Assembly: GCA_002348185.1 (NCBI GenBank)
Contig: DDYW01000021.1
Span: 24,248-88,247, forward strand
DNA length: 64,000 bases
DNA from: Candidatus Hydrogenedentes bacterium UBA2224
Lineage (GTDB): Bacteria > Hydrogenedentota > Hydrogenedentia > Hydrogenedentales > SLHB01
Reading direction: 5' to 3'
Shown here piece by piece: positions 44,411 to 53,511 of the stretch. Made by a program: the position numbers and the translations under genes. Position 1 is the first letter of the stretch. Each line of letters starts with the position of its first letter. Below the pieces are notes generated by a model that was not told the origin of the DNA, did not search any database, and was given only the letters and a program-made list of their open reading frames with translations.

Positions 44411-46642
44411 TTAGAGTCCCCTTGCCGTGCCAAGTGCGGCGTGGAACCGCTCGAAGAGCTCAGGCAGGGCTGCCGCGACGAGCTCGAAGGTATGGCCCCC
44501 CTCCAGCACGTGCAGTTCGTGGAGAATCTGCGCTTCTCCGAGTTTTTGGGCAAACGACTCGTTCATTTTCCGATCAAAGGCGGTGGAACCTGTGAACAGA
44601 AACACCTGCCTGGCCTGAAGGCGCGACACCTCGTTGATGGGATTCCACGCGGGCCAGGCATCTGCCGGACCGAGGATATCGGGCACGTCGTGGTTATCTT
44701 CTTCCGGATACTCGGGATTTGGCCAGTTCACCAGTCCGACGATGCTGCCCCATGTCGAGAATATCCCGGGATACGCGAGCAGGAACCGGAGACTGCCGAA
44801 CCCGCCCATGCTCCAGCCGCCGAGTGCGCGGCGGTGGGCGTCTCGTGAGACGTTGAGAGTGTCGCTCACGCGGTCGAGCAGTTCCTTGAGGTGGGTCTGG
44901 TACCGGCTGCCGGGGTCGACCGGACTGTCGACCCACCAGGATTGGCTGCCCTCGGGAAGGAGCACGACGCACGGCGATTGGGCGAGGACCGGGCGGGTCG
45001 CGTCGTTGTCGAGCAGGGTCCGGGCATTGCGGCCGTTGCCGTGGAGAAACACGATCAGGGGATAGGGTTCCGGGCGCCGCGGGTCGTAGTTTTCCGGCAG
45101 GTGCAGCACGAACCGTTCTTCGCGTGCCAGGGCGCGGGACGCCATCGCACAGTCGAAGAACCCGTCGCCCAGATCGTCTACGACCGCTCCGGCCCGTTTC
45201 AGGCGGTCCAGAGGGCCGGGGATGTTCGCTTCGAAGCGGATGCGTTTCAGCCGCACGTGGTTGTCTTTCGCGCCGGTTTGAGGGTCGATGTAATCCCTGG
45301 TGCCAAACGCCATGAGAATCTCGCGTTCTCCGGTTTGGATAATCGTCGTGTATCCCGAATACGGCGTGGCGTCGACGACGGTGTGATCGGTCCAGGTCTC
45401 GCCGCCGTCGGTGCTGAACACGATGGCCGCGCCCGGACGGCCGTAGCTGATGGCCAGGGTGCCGTCGTCGAGCACGAGCAGGTCGGGGAACGCGCCGTGC
45501 ACCCCCGTACGCTGGGGGACGGACCACGTCGCGCCGCCGTCGGCGCTCCGCGCGAACATGATCGGATTGTCTTGGCATTTGGCGTCGCGCATGCTGCCGG
45601 TGCGCAATGCGACGGCGAGTTCGCCGTTGGGCAGGCGCTTCATCGAGCCCTCGTTGTAGCCTTCGCTGCCGATCTGGCCGAAGCCGATTGTCGCGAGGTA
45701 TTCCCAGGTCGCGCCGCCATCGGTGGACACGCAAGCGTAGGTGCGCGAATAGGGGCGCCGCGGGTTATGAGGACAAGGCACGTCGTCGCCGTGAAACCAC
45801 CCGGCCATGAGGGCGACGAGGCGGCCGTCATCCATCTCGACCATCGACCGCATGTACAGGGGGCCGGGATGGTAGGCATGTCCGTAGGCGGGTTTTGCGA
45901 GGGGCACATGGATGCGCACGTCGCGCGTCGTCACGGTGCGGCCCGCATCGGTCGAGACATAGCCTGTGCTCTGGTACCAGCCCGCTTCGCCGTCGATGGG
46001 CGCCGACCGGTATTCCATGGCGAACACGCGTCCGTCGCGGAGTTCACACGCGCCCGGGCCGAGCGTGCCCGACTCGCGTTTCTGCCAGGTGTCTCCGTTG
46101 TCGGCGCTGAGGTATTCCGTGTAGACCAGCGTGCCATCGGACAGGCGCGTCATTCGTTCCGCGTGGGTGCCCGGGCACAGGAGCCAGGGCTCGGAGACCG
46201 TGACGTCGAGCGTGTCGCGGGGACCGCGTATCTTGAGCGCCGCGTGGCGCGCGCCGGGCGCCCCGGCAAGCTGAATTTCAAAGAAATACAGGCCGGGGTT
46301 CCAGCCCGAGGTGTCGAGAGGCACGCGGAAGGCATTCGGGGCCGGGTCGGCATCCAGAAACCCGTTGTCGAGAATGACGTTTTGACCGGGATCGGCCAGA
46401 CAGGAGGTCTTTTCGGCGGGAAGATACGTGAATCCCGGCGGGACGTTCTGTTGGGCGACGTAGAACGGCTGACGGCATTCCAGGCCCGTGACGTTTTCGG
46501 ATGCGGTGACGGTCAGCACGACGGGTTCGCCCGGTGACACTTCGCGCGGTTCGAGCGAGAGCGTGGTGATCGCGGTTTGCGCTTCCGCGACGGCGAGCAC
46601 GGGAAACAGCATCAGGACGGATACAAGCCGGCGGAGCGACAT
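44411..46642 (-). CDS. BNR/Asp-box sialidase-like beta-propeller fused to a C-terminal alpha/beta esterase (esterase-D/putative-esterase type), secreted
   Basis: Four Asp-boxes (SADNGDTW, STDGGATW, SADGGATW, STDGGETW). C-terminal PLIVFLHGNGRNA ... LGGWSMGGFGSL. Signal peptide MSLRRLVSVLMLFPVLAVAEA. Confidence 0.85.
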   Translation of the reverse strand: MSLRRLVSVLMLFPVLAVAEAQTAITTLSLEPREVSPGEPVVLTVTASENVTGLECRQPFYVAQQNVPPGFTYLPAEKTSCLADPGQNVILDNGFLDADPAPNAFRVPLDTSGWNPGLYFFEIQLAGAPGARHAALKIRGPRDTLDVTVSEPWLLCPGTHAERMTRLSDGTLVYTEYLSADNGDTWQKRESGTLGPGACELRDGRVFAMEYRSAPIDGEAGWYQSTGYVSTDAGRTVTTRDVRIHVPLAKPAYGHAYHPGPLYMRSMVEMDDGRLVALMAGWFHGDDVPCPHNPRRPYSRTYACVSTDGGATWEYLATIGFGQIGSEGYNEGSMKRLPNGELAVALRTGSMRDAKCQDNPIMFARSADGGATWSVPQRTGVHGAFPDLLVLDDGTLAISYGRPGAAIVFSTDGGETWTDHTVVDATPYSGYTTIIQTGEREILMAFGTRDYIDPQTGAKDNHVRLKRIRFEANIPGPLDRLKRAGAVVDDLGDGFFDCAMASRALAREERFVLHLPENYDPRRPEPYPLIVFLHGNGRNARTLLDNDATRPVLAQSPCVVLLPEGSQSWWVDSPVDPGSRYQTHLKELLDRVSDTLNVSRDAHRRALGGWSMGGFGSLRFLLAYPGIFSTWGSIVGLVNWPNPEYPEEDNHDVPDILGPADAWPAWNPINEVSRLQARQVFLFTGSTAFDRKMNESFAQKLGEAQILHELHVLEGGHTFELVAAALPELFERFHAALGTARGL

Positions 46643-46861
46643 GGCCGATCTCCCTCGTGGCCCGGGCTGCGATTTCTGCGGGCACGCTACCATTCCGGGA
46701 TGACGCAGTCAACGACGGGGAAATGCCGCGGTGGGCGGGGCTGTTGATCCCGAAGTGTCCCGCCGGGCTTGCATGCGGCCGGCCGGATTGCCTAACGTAT
46801 GGACATAACGGAACTTGCGGACTCCGGACTTCACGCACAACGCAAAAGGAGGGCAGGAACC

Positions 46862-47413
46862 ATGCCGAGTGTATTGGTGCCGCTTGCGGAAGGGTTTGAG
46901 GAAATCGAGGCCATTACGCTGATAGACATCCTGCGGCGCGCGGACTTTGACGTGGTCACGGCCAGCCTGGGCGACGAAGCCGTCGAGGCGGCGCACGGCG
47001 TTTCCATCCTGGCCGACTGCACGCTCGACGAGGCCCTGACGCGCGACTACGACATGGTGGTCCTTCCCGGCGGACTCCCCGGCGCGGACCATCTGGACAA
47101 GGACCCGCGCATCCACCAGATCCTGAAGAAGACCGCGGACAGCGGGCGCTTCGTGGGGGCGATCTGCGCGGCGCCCAAGGTGCTGGCCAACGCCAATCTC
47201 CTTGATGGAAAGAAGGCGACCAGCTATCCCGGGTTCGTCGACAAAATGAACCTGCCCAACACGACCTATACGGGCAGCGCCGTGGAAAGAGATGGCAAGA
47301 TCATGACCTCGCGGGGGCCGGGAACGGCGATGGACTTCGCCCTGGCCATCATCGAGGCGCTTGCCGGTCCCGGGAAACGCAAGACGATCGAGGCTGGACT
47401 GGTGCGGAGCTGA
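46862..47413 (+). CDS. DJ-1/PfpI family protein (YajL/ThiJ-like)
   Basis: VLVPLAEGFEEIEAITLIDILRRA, VVLPGGLPGA, GAICAAP nucleophile elbow. AAAGGAGGG box upstream. Confidence 0.9.
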   Translation: MPSVLVPLAEGFEEIEAITLIDILRRADFDVVTASLGDEAVEAAHGVSILADCTLDEALTRDYDMVVLPGGLPGADHLDKDPRIHQILKKTADSGRFVGAICAAPKVLANANLLDGKKATSYPGFVDKMNLPNTTYTGSAVERDGKIMTSRGPGTAMDFALAIIEALAGPGKRKTIEAGLVRS

Positions 47414-47476
47414 GGCTTCTTTGATTGTGCCGGAACGGGTTCGCCAGGCCCCCGGATTCGCAAGGGCGCCGGTGCG

Positions 47477-48379
47477 CTACCCTTTGAGCCCGCTCATGGC
47501 GATGCCCTGAATGAACGTGCGCTGGGTGAAGAAGAACAGCACGATTACCGGCGCCACGACGAGCGTCGAGGCTGCCATGAGCAGGTTCCACGGCGTGCCG
47601 CCCTGCCGGCTCTGGAAAAACTGGAGTCCGAGGGCCAGGGTGAACGTGTCCTGGTCGATGAGGTAGATCAGCGGCCCCAGAAAATCGTTCCAGCAATACA
47701 TGAAATGGAACAGCGCCACCACGGCCAGCGTCGGCCGTGACAGGGGCAGCACCACCCGCCGGTAAATGCCGAACTCGGAACACCCGTCCATGCGCGCCGC
47801 GTCGTCGAAGTCGCGCGGAATCGTCAGGAAAAACTGGCGCAGCAGGAAGACGTTAAAGGCGCTCGCCCCGAACCACGCAGGCACCCACAGCGGCCGGAAC
47901 GTGCCGATCCAGTGCAGGTTCCGGAACACCGCATACAACGGCACCATCGTCACGGGGAACGGCACCATCATCGTGGCGAGAAGCACGAGGAATACCGGGT
48001 CGCGGCCTTTCCACTCGATCCGTGAGAATCCGTAGGCGACGATGGAACTGCTGATCACGGTGCCGAGCGTGCCGAGAAGGGCGATGGTCAGGGTGTTGCG
48101 GGCATAGGCGAAAAAGGGAACGTAATTGACGGCCTCGCGGAAATTCTCCCACTGGATTGGAGCGGGAAACCAGCGCGGCGGCATGAGCATGGTCTGGTCC
48201 AGGGGTTTGAGCGCCGTCGACATCATCCACACCAGCGGAAAGAGGAACAGGACGCTTCCGGCGAGCAGCAGGGCGTGAATTGCGAGCGCGTTCGGCCGGC
48301 TCAGGCGGTTGGCATGGGAGCCGGGCCGGGCCGTGCGCCGCGAAGCGTGTTCAAACGCGTGGGTCCGGCTATCCCGCAT
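47477..48379 (-). CDS. carbohydrate ABC transporter permease (MalG-like)
   Basis: EAA-loop region DAARMDGCSEFGIYRRVVLPLSRP and six hydrophobic segments. Confidence 0.9.
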   Translation of the reverse strand: MRDSRTHAFEHASRRTARPGSHANRLSRPNALAIHALLLAGSVLFLFPLVWMMSTALKPLDQTMLMPPRWFPAPIQWENFREAVNYVPFFAYARNTLTIALLGTLGTVISSSIVAYGFSRIEWKGRDPVFLVLLATMMVPFPVTMVPLYAVFRNLHWIGTFRPLWVPAWFGASAFNVFLLRQFFLTIPRDFDDAARMDGCSEFGIYRRVVLPLSRPTLAVVALFHFMYCWNDFLGPLIYLIDQDTFTLALGLQFFQSRQGGTPWNLLMAASTLVVAPVIVLFFFTQRTFIQGIAMSGLKG

Positions 48380-49265
48380 AATGCACCCTCTTGCGCGACA
48401 CGCGATACACGAGAAGCGTCAGGGCGAGGATGATGAGGAACAGGAGCCAGGCCATCGCGCAGGCATACCCCATGCGAAGGTATCGAAACGCGGAATTGTA
48501 GAGGAGCATGGTGTAGAACAGGGTCGAACGCGCGGGCCCGCCCGTGCCGTCGGTAAGCACGTAGGGCAGCGCGAACACCTGCAGCGCCCCGATCAGGCCC
48601 ATGACCACGTTGAAGAAGATCGCCGGCGACAGCAGCGGCAGGGTGATGTGGCGGAGCTTCGCCAACCACCGGGCGCCGTCGAGCTCCGCCGCCTCGTACA
48701 ACTGCTTCGGGATGTCCTGCAGTCCCGCGAGATAGATCACGACCGCATACCCCACGCCCCAGAGGCTCATGAGAACGATGGCGGGTTTCGACCACGCCGT
48801 TGATTGCAGCCAGATCGGCGCCTGCAGCCCCAACGGGTTCAACACCAGATTGAGCACGTAGTTCACGACACCGTATTCGCCGTTCAGCATCCACATCCAC
48901 AGAATGCCCAGCGCAACGAGCGGCGTAAGCGACGGCAGAAAGAAGATCGTCCGGTACATGGTCATGCCGCGGACGCCCGTGTTGAGCAGCAAGGCCAGCG
49001 TGATGGCCAGGACGGTCGCCAGCGGCAGAAAACACACCGCGAAATACAGCGTGTTGTAAAGCGATTTCCAGAATACCGGGTCCGTAACCAGTTCCTGGTA
49101 GTTCGCGCCGCCGACAAACACGGGCGGTTTCAGCACGGAGTAGTCGCAGAGGCTGTAGTAGAGCGACGCGCCGAGAGGATAGGCGGTGAACACGGCAAAC
49201 CCGGCTATCCACGGCGAGATGAACAGCAGCCCGTTGCGGAGGTTTCGCCGTTCGCGGTTCGTCAT
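48369..49265 (-). CDS. carbohydrate ABC transporter permease (MalF-like)
   Basis: YEAAELDGARWLAKLRHITLPLLSP EAA loop. It overlaps its neighbours on both sides. Confidence 0.9.
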   Translation of the reverse strand: MTNRERRNLRNGLLFISPWIAGFAVFTAYPLGASLYYSLCDYSVLKPPVFVGGANYQELVTDPVFWKSLYNTLYFAVCFLPLATVLAITLALLLNTGVRGMTMYRTIFFLPSLTPLVALGILWMWMLNGEYGVVNYVLNLVLNPLGLQAPIWLQSTAWSKPAIVLMSLWGVGYAVVIYLAGLQDIPKQLYEAAELDGARWLAKLRHITLPLLSPAIFFNVVMGLIGALQVFALPYVLTDGTGGPARSTLFYTMLLYNSAFRYLRMGYACAMAWLLFLIILALTLLVYRVSRKRVHYAG

Positions 49266-50713
49266 GGCGCGGCCTCCTGTTCCGCCTGTTCGCGTCGTTC
49301 GATGCTGCTGCGGGCACGTTCCCACATGCCCGACACGCGGTCCTGCACCTGCGTCACCGCTTCCCGGGGCGAGGCTTGGCCGAACATGACCTGGTCGAAG
49401 GCCGGGGTGATCTCATCGTTGTATTCGAACCATGTGCTCATCAGCGGCGCATAGAATGCGTTGGGGCTCTTCGCCAGTTCAATGAACAGCTCGATATACG
49501 GGTTGGGATGGCTGGCCAGAAACTCCGGGCTGACCGCTTTGAGCGGGGTGAACTTCTTGTGGCCCAGGTTGAGCAGTTCCAGGCCCTCCTGCGAACACAG
49601 GTAGCGGATGAACTCGAAGGCTTCATCCGGATGCCGCGCGCCCACCGGGATGCAGATCGAATCGCACTCCACCATGGCCACGTTGTCGAGCCCCGGCACC
49701 GCCGAGGGAAACGGCGCGGCGCCCCATTCGAGACCGGGCGCGTAGGTGTCGATGAAACTCGCCATCCACACGCCCTGGACGATCATCGCCACACGCTCGG
49801 TGAAGAAGGCGTTCTGGGGCGAGGCGAACTGCCCGGCAATCCCGCTCTGAAACCGGCGCAGCTCCGCCGCGCCGTATTTCTCGGGGTAACTCTGGATCCA
49901 TTCCCACGCGGCCAGGTTCTCGGGGGTGTCGAAGGTTACGCGCTCGCCGTCCCACAGCGCCCCCCCGAACCAGTAGCCCCACGACCAGTGCCACCATCCC
50001 GGTTCCGACGGCGTGAACCCCACCTGCACCAGGTGGCCTTGCTCGTCGTAACGGGTCAGTTTCGCGGCCATGGCATCGAGTTCGGCGAGGGTCCGGGGCG
50101 GCCGCTCCGGATCGAGGCCCGCCTCGCGAAACAGCCGTTTGTTGTAATGCAGCGCGGTCGTGGCCGGCGTCGTGGGCAGCCCGTACAGGGTGCCCCGGTA
50201 GGTGTTCTGTTCCAGGAACACGTCCAGGAACGTGTCGCGCGGCATGCCCGTCTTTTCCATGAAGGGTTCGAGGGGCATGAGGGCGCGTTTCTCGGCGAAC
50301 TGCGACAGTCCCGCGCTCCAGAGACCCACCAGGTCCGGCGGATCGCCCCCCGCGATCGCCACCAGCGCTTTCCGATCGATCTGGCTCATCGTGACCAGAT
50401 TGACGCGGATGCGGTCCTGTTTCTCATTAAACCGGTCCACGACCCGCTGGATGGCCTCGCCTTCAAAGCCGGTCCATTTCTCCCAGTAGGTGATCTGCAG
50501 GCGGCCGTCGACGTAATCGTCCTGCGGCTGAGGAATGATGACGTTGCAGCCGGAGAGGGCGCTGACGCTCACGAGCACCAGGCACGCTGCGACGAACCAG
50601 GACGATGTGACGCGGCGCACGGGCAGGATGCCGCATGGCCACCGGATCCCCGGCCTGTCTTGGTAGTCTTCCACGATCTCCCCCAAACCGGCACACGGAA
50701 AACATCCTGGCAA
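49262..50713 (-). CDS. ABC transporter extracellular solute-binding lipoprotein (family 1, sugar type)
   Basis: Lipobox VSALSGC, ITYWEKWTGFEG. The real start may be the GTG near 50620 rather than the ATG at 50713. Confidence 0.85.
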   Translation of the reverse strand: MPGCFPCAGLGEIVEDYQDRPGIRWPCGILPVRRVTSSWFVAACLVLVSVSALSGCNVIIPQPQDDYVDGRLQITYWEKWTGFEGEAIQRVVDRFNEKQDRIRVNLVTMSQIDRKALVAIAGGDPPDLVGLWSAGLSQFAEKRALMPLEPFMEKTGMPRDTFLDVFLEQNTYRGTLYGLPTTPATTALHYNKRLFREAGLDPERPPRTLAELDAMAAKLTRYDEQGHLVQVGFTPSEPGWWHWSWGYWFGGALWDGERVTFDTPENLAAWEWIQSYPEKYGAAELRRFQSGIAGQFASPQNAFFTERVAMIVQGVWMASFIDTYAPGLEWGAAPFPSAVPGLDNVAMVECDSICIPVGARHPDEAFEFIRYLCSQEGLELLNLGHKKFTPLKAVSPEFLASHPNPYIELFIELAKSPNAFYAPLMSTWFEYNDEITPAFDQVMFGQASPREAVTQVQDRVSGMWERARSSIERREQAEQEAAP

Positions 50714-50790
50714 CGCCAGATGTCTCTAGCATACACATTTCGCGGCGTGGAGGTGAATGGCGTTGGCCGGGGGCAATCGGCGGTGGCGTG

Positions 50791-51005
50791 GTGGACCCTA
50801 TGGACGTCATGGACGCAATGGACGTGGATGTCCGAACGATTGCGAAGGGGTTGAACAATGTCGCCGGGCTTGTTCAACCCCCATTCGGGGGTTGGGATAG
50901 GGGGGATGCGCCCGATCCACGGGCTTCACCCGCGGCTTCTCAAATTCGACACCTTCGGTGTCGTTGGGCGGCAAGGCCGTCCACCAGGTCCACCGGGTCC
51001 ACCGG
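50791..51005. repeat. composite intergenic element: 4 x RTGGACNNN, ~150-bp core, 3 x GTCCACNNN (inverted arrays)
   Basis: Arrays 50791-50826 and 50979-51005. The core has GGGGTTGAACA 50847-57, TGTTCAACCCC 50871-81 and GGGGGTTG 50887-94. Confidence 0.85.
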
Positions 51006-51128
51006 GTCGTGCTTACGCGGCGATTCGGGAGGCAGCTCCCTTCGGGAATTCGCGCGCGTTTCGTGGTATCCTAACACCCAATTCCCATGAGCCGTTTCTG
51101 AGGTCCATCTACCGGAGGAGGTCTCTCC

Positions 51129-52253
51129 ATGGCTGCCGTGAACCACCGTCTGCTGCTTGTGCTTGCTGTTGCGCTTACGTTCGTGCTGTTCCCGGGATGC
51201 GCGCCGAAGGAGACTCCGTCCGCCGAACCGTCCGGTGCGGGCGAGCCCGCGGCTCCGGCCGAACCCGCGCCACAGCCCGAAGCGGCCGCGCCGGCGCCCG
51301 CCGCGATCGGCGACCCGGTGGCGGCGATGGCGGAGCCGCCGGCCATGCCGAAAGGGTACGGTTCGAGCGCCGAGGTGATGCTGGCCATCGGGAACGGCGA
51401 TCTCGCACTGCTCGACGAGAACCCGCCGGTGCCGGAAGGCGTGAACGAACTCGCCGGGCTCGAGTATTGCAGCATCGACGGGACGTCTCTCAAACTCGAT
51501 CTGGCGTTGCCCGCCGAGGGCGACGGGCCGTTTCCCGGCCTGATCTTCATTCATGGAGGCGCCTGGGTCAGCGGCGAACGCGAGATCTACCATCTCTATA
51601 CGTACCATTTTGCGCAGCAGGGGTACGCGGCCGCCACGATGTCGTACCGGCTCTCCGGCCAGGCCAAGTTTCCCGCGGCGGTGCAGGACGTGAAATGCGC
51701 GGTCCGGTGGATGCGCGCGAACGCCGCCACGTACAACATTGATCCCGACCACATCGCCTTGATCGGTGGGTCGGCGGGCGGCCATCTGGCCATGATGGTG
51801 GGGTACACCGCCGACGTGCCGGAATTCGAGGGCGAAGGCGGCAACCCCGGCGTCAGCAGCGCGGTCCAGGCTGTCGTCAACTTCTACGGTCCCTATGACC
51901 TCACCGCGGAGATCGCGCAGAAATCGGACGATGTGCAGGGCTTCCTGGGCGCGACCTGGGAAGAGAATCCCGACCTGCATCTCAAGGCGTCGCCGATGCA
52001 CTACCTGAACGCGGGCGATCCGCCCACCCTGATCTTCCATGGCAGCATCGACGAGGTGGTGCCGATCGAACAATCCGAACGACTTGCGGCGCGCCTCGGC
52101 GAGCTGGGCATCCCCTGCGTCTTCGAACGGTTCGAGGGGTGGCCCCATACCATGGATCTCGCCCAGCCGGTCAACGAGCGCTGCCGCTGGTTCATGTACC
52201 GGTTTTTTGAAGCGCATCTCTCGCCGAAACCGGCCGCGGGCGCCCCGCAATGA
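51129..52253 (+). CDS. alpha/beta hydrolase (carboxylesterase/lipase-type) lipoprotein
   Basis: Lipobox LFPGCA, IFIHGGAW (HGG oxyanion motif), GGSAGGHLA nucleophile elbow. GGAGGAGG box upstream. Confidence 0.85.
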   Translation: MAAVNHRLLLVLAVALTFVLFPGCAPKETPSAEPSGAGEPAAPAEPAPQPEAAAPAPAAIGDPVAAMAEPPAMPKGYGSSAEVMLAIGNGDLALLDENPPVPEGVNELAGLEYCSIDGTSLKLDLALPAEGDGPFPGLIFIHGGAWVSGEREIYHLYTYHFAQQGYAAATMSYRLSGQAKFPAAVQDVKCAVRWMRANAATYNIDPDHIALIGGSAGGHLAMMVGYTADVPEFEGEGGNPGVSSAVQAVVNFYGPYDLTAEIAQKSDDVQGFLGATWEENPDLHLKASPMHYLNAGDPPTLIFHGSIDEVVPIEQSERLAARLGELGIPCVFERFEGWPHTMDLAQPVNERCRWFMYRFFEAHLSPKPAAGAPQ

Positions 52254-52398
52254 GGATGGCCGGCGCCGGTTTGCAGGGGTTTGACCCGGGTGTGTCGCCG
52301 ATGGCTACGCCATTCTCGCGGCGGTGCTGATCGACGGGTTTCTCGAACAGGCCGAATCCACTCGCGGTTTCATCAAGGGCTATTCGTAGGAGTGCACG

Positions 52399-53349
52399 AT
52401 GCGGGTACTGGTGATGGGGGCCGGCGCGCTCGGCTCCGCGATAGGCGGATTTCTTGCGAACGCCGGGCATGCGGTCGCGCTCGTCGGCCGCCCGGCCCAC
52501 ATGGGCGCCATCGCGCGGCAGGGACTGCGCATCACCGGCATCTGGGGCGACCATCGCGTCCGTACCCTGACCGCGGCGACAGGGGTTGAAGCCTTCCAGC
52601 CGGGCGGCTTCGATCTGATCCTCATCACCGTCAAATCGTACGACACGCGGGCGGCGGTGGAGGAGGTCGCGCCTCTCGTTGACGCCGACACCCTCGTCTG
52701 CTCGTACCAGAACGGCCTGGGCAACGCCGAGATCATCGCCGAAACCGTCGGGTGGCACAGAACGGTCGGGGCGCGGGCGATCTACGGGGTGTGGCTGCCC
52801 GAACCCGGCACGGCCGAAGTGACGGTCATCGCGAATCCCACCGCGCTGGGCGTGTATTCCCAGGACGCCCCGGCCGAGCGGGTCCGCGCGATTGCGCAGG
52901 CCATGGATGATGCAGGCGTGCCTACCGTCTACACGGACACGATCGCCACCGTGCTGTGGGGCAAAGTGGCGTACAACTGCGCCCTCAACCCGCTGTCCGC
53001 CCTGCTGGATGTGCCGTACGGGGCGCTGCTCGACACCGAACACACCCGCGCCATCATGCGCGACGTCATTCACGAACTGTATGCCGCGGGACGGGCCCTG
53101 GACGTGCGCCTGGAACCTGACTCGCCGGAGGCCTACGTCACCCTGCTGTTCGAGGGACTGATTCCCCCCACCGCAAAACACTATGCCAGCATGCGCGAGG
53201 ATTTCCGGTTGAATCGACGCACCGAGATCGACGCCCTGAACGGCGCGATCTGCCGTTACGCTGAGGCCCGGGGCGTGTCGTGTCCGGTCAATACGCTCCT
53301 GACCCGCCTCGTCCATGCCCGCGAACACCAGATGGGCGTCGTGGCATAG
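52399..53349 (+). CDS. panE: 2-dehydropantoate 2-reductase (ApbA/PanE family)
   Basis: MRVLVMGAGALGSAIGGFLA, VKSYD, QNGLGN, and the typical C-terminal SM..D......TEID..NG. Confidence 0.85.
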   Translation: MRVLVMGAGALGSAIGGFLANAGHAVALVGRPAHMGAIARQGLRITGIWGDHRVRTLTAATGVEAFQPGGFDLILITVKSYDTRAAVEEVAPLVDADTLVCSYQNGLGNAEIIAETVGWHRTVGARAIYGVWLPEPGTAEVTVIANPTALGVYSQDAPAERVRAIAQAMDDAGVPTVYTDTIATVLWGKVAYNCALNPLSALLDVPYGALLDTEHTRAIMRDVIHELYAAGRALDVRLEPDSPEAYVTLLFEGLIPPTAKHYASMREDFRLNRRTEIDALNGAICRYAEARGVSCPVNTLLTRLVHAREHQMGVVA

Positions 53350-53380
53350 GCCGGCTCGGGGATCCGGGGGCGCGGGCACT

Positions 53381-53460
53381 GTGGACGGTATGGACCCGAT
53401 GGACGTTCTTGCCTGAATGACGGCGAAGGGGTCGAACCACGGCGCCGTGTTGCCTTGACC
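53381..53460 (+). repeat. truncated copy of the mosaic repeat (3-unit array plus the left part of the core)
   Basis: gtggacggt atggacccg atggacgtt, then cttgcctgaatgacggcgaaggggtcgaaccacggcgccgtgttgccttgaccccc, alignable to 50818-50882. Confidence 0.7.
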
Positions 53461-53511
53461 CCCCCTTCCCGCGGGCGCAAAATAGAGCCGAAGGGTTTCG
53501 GGTGCGATGCC

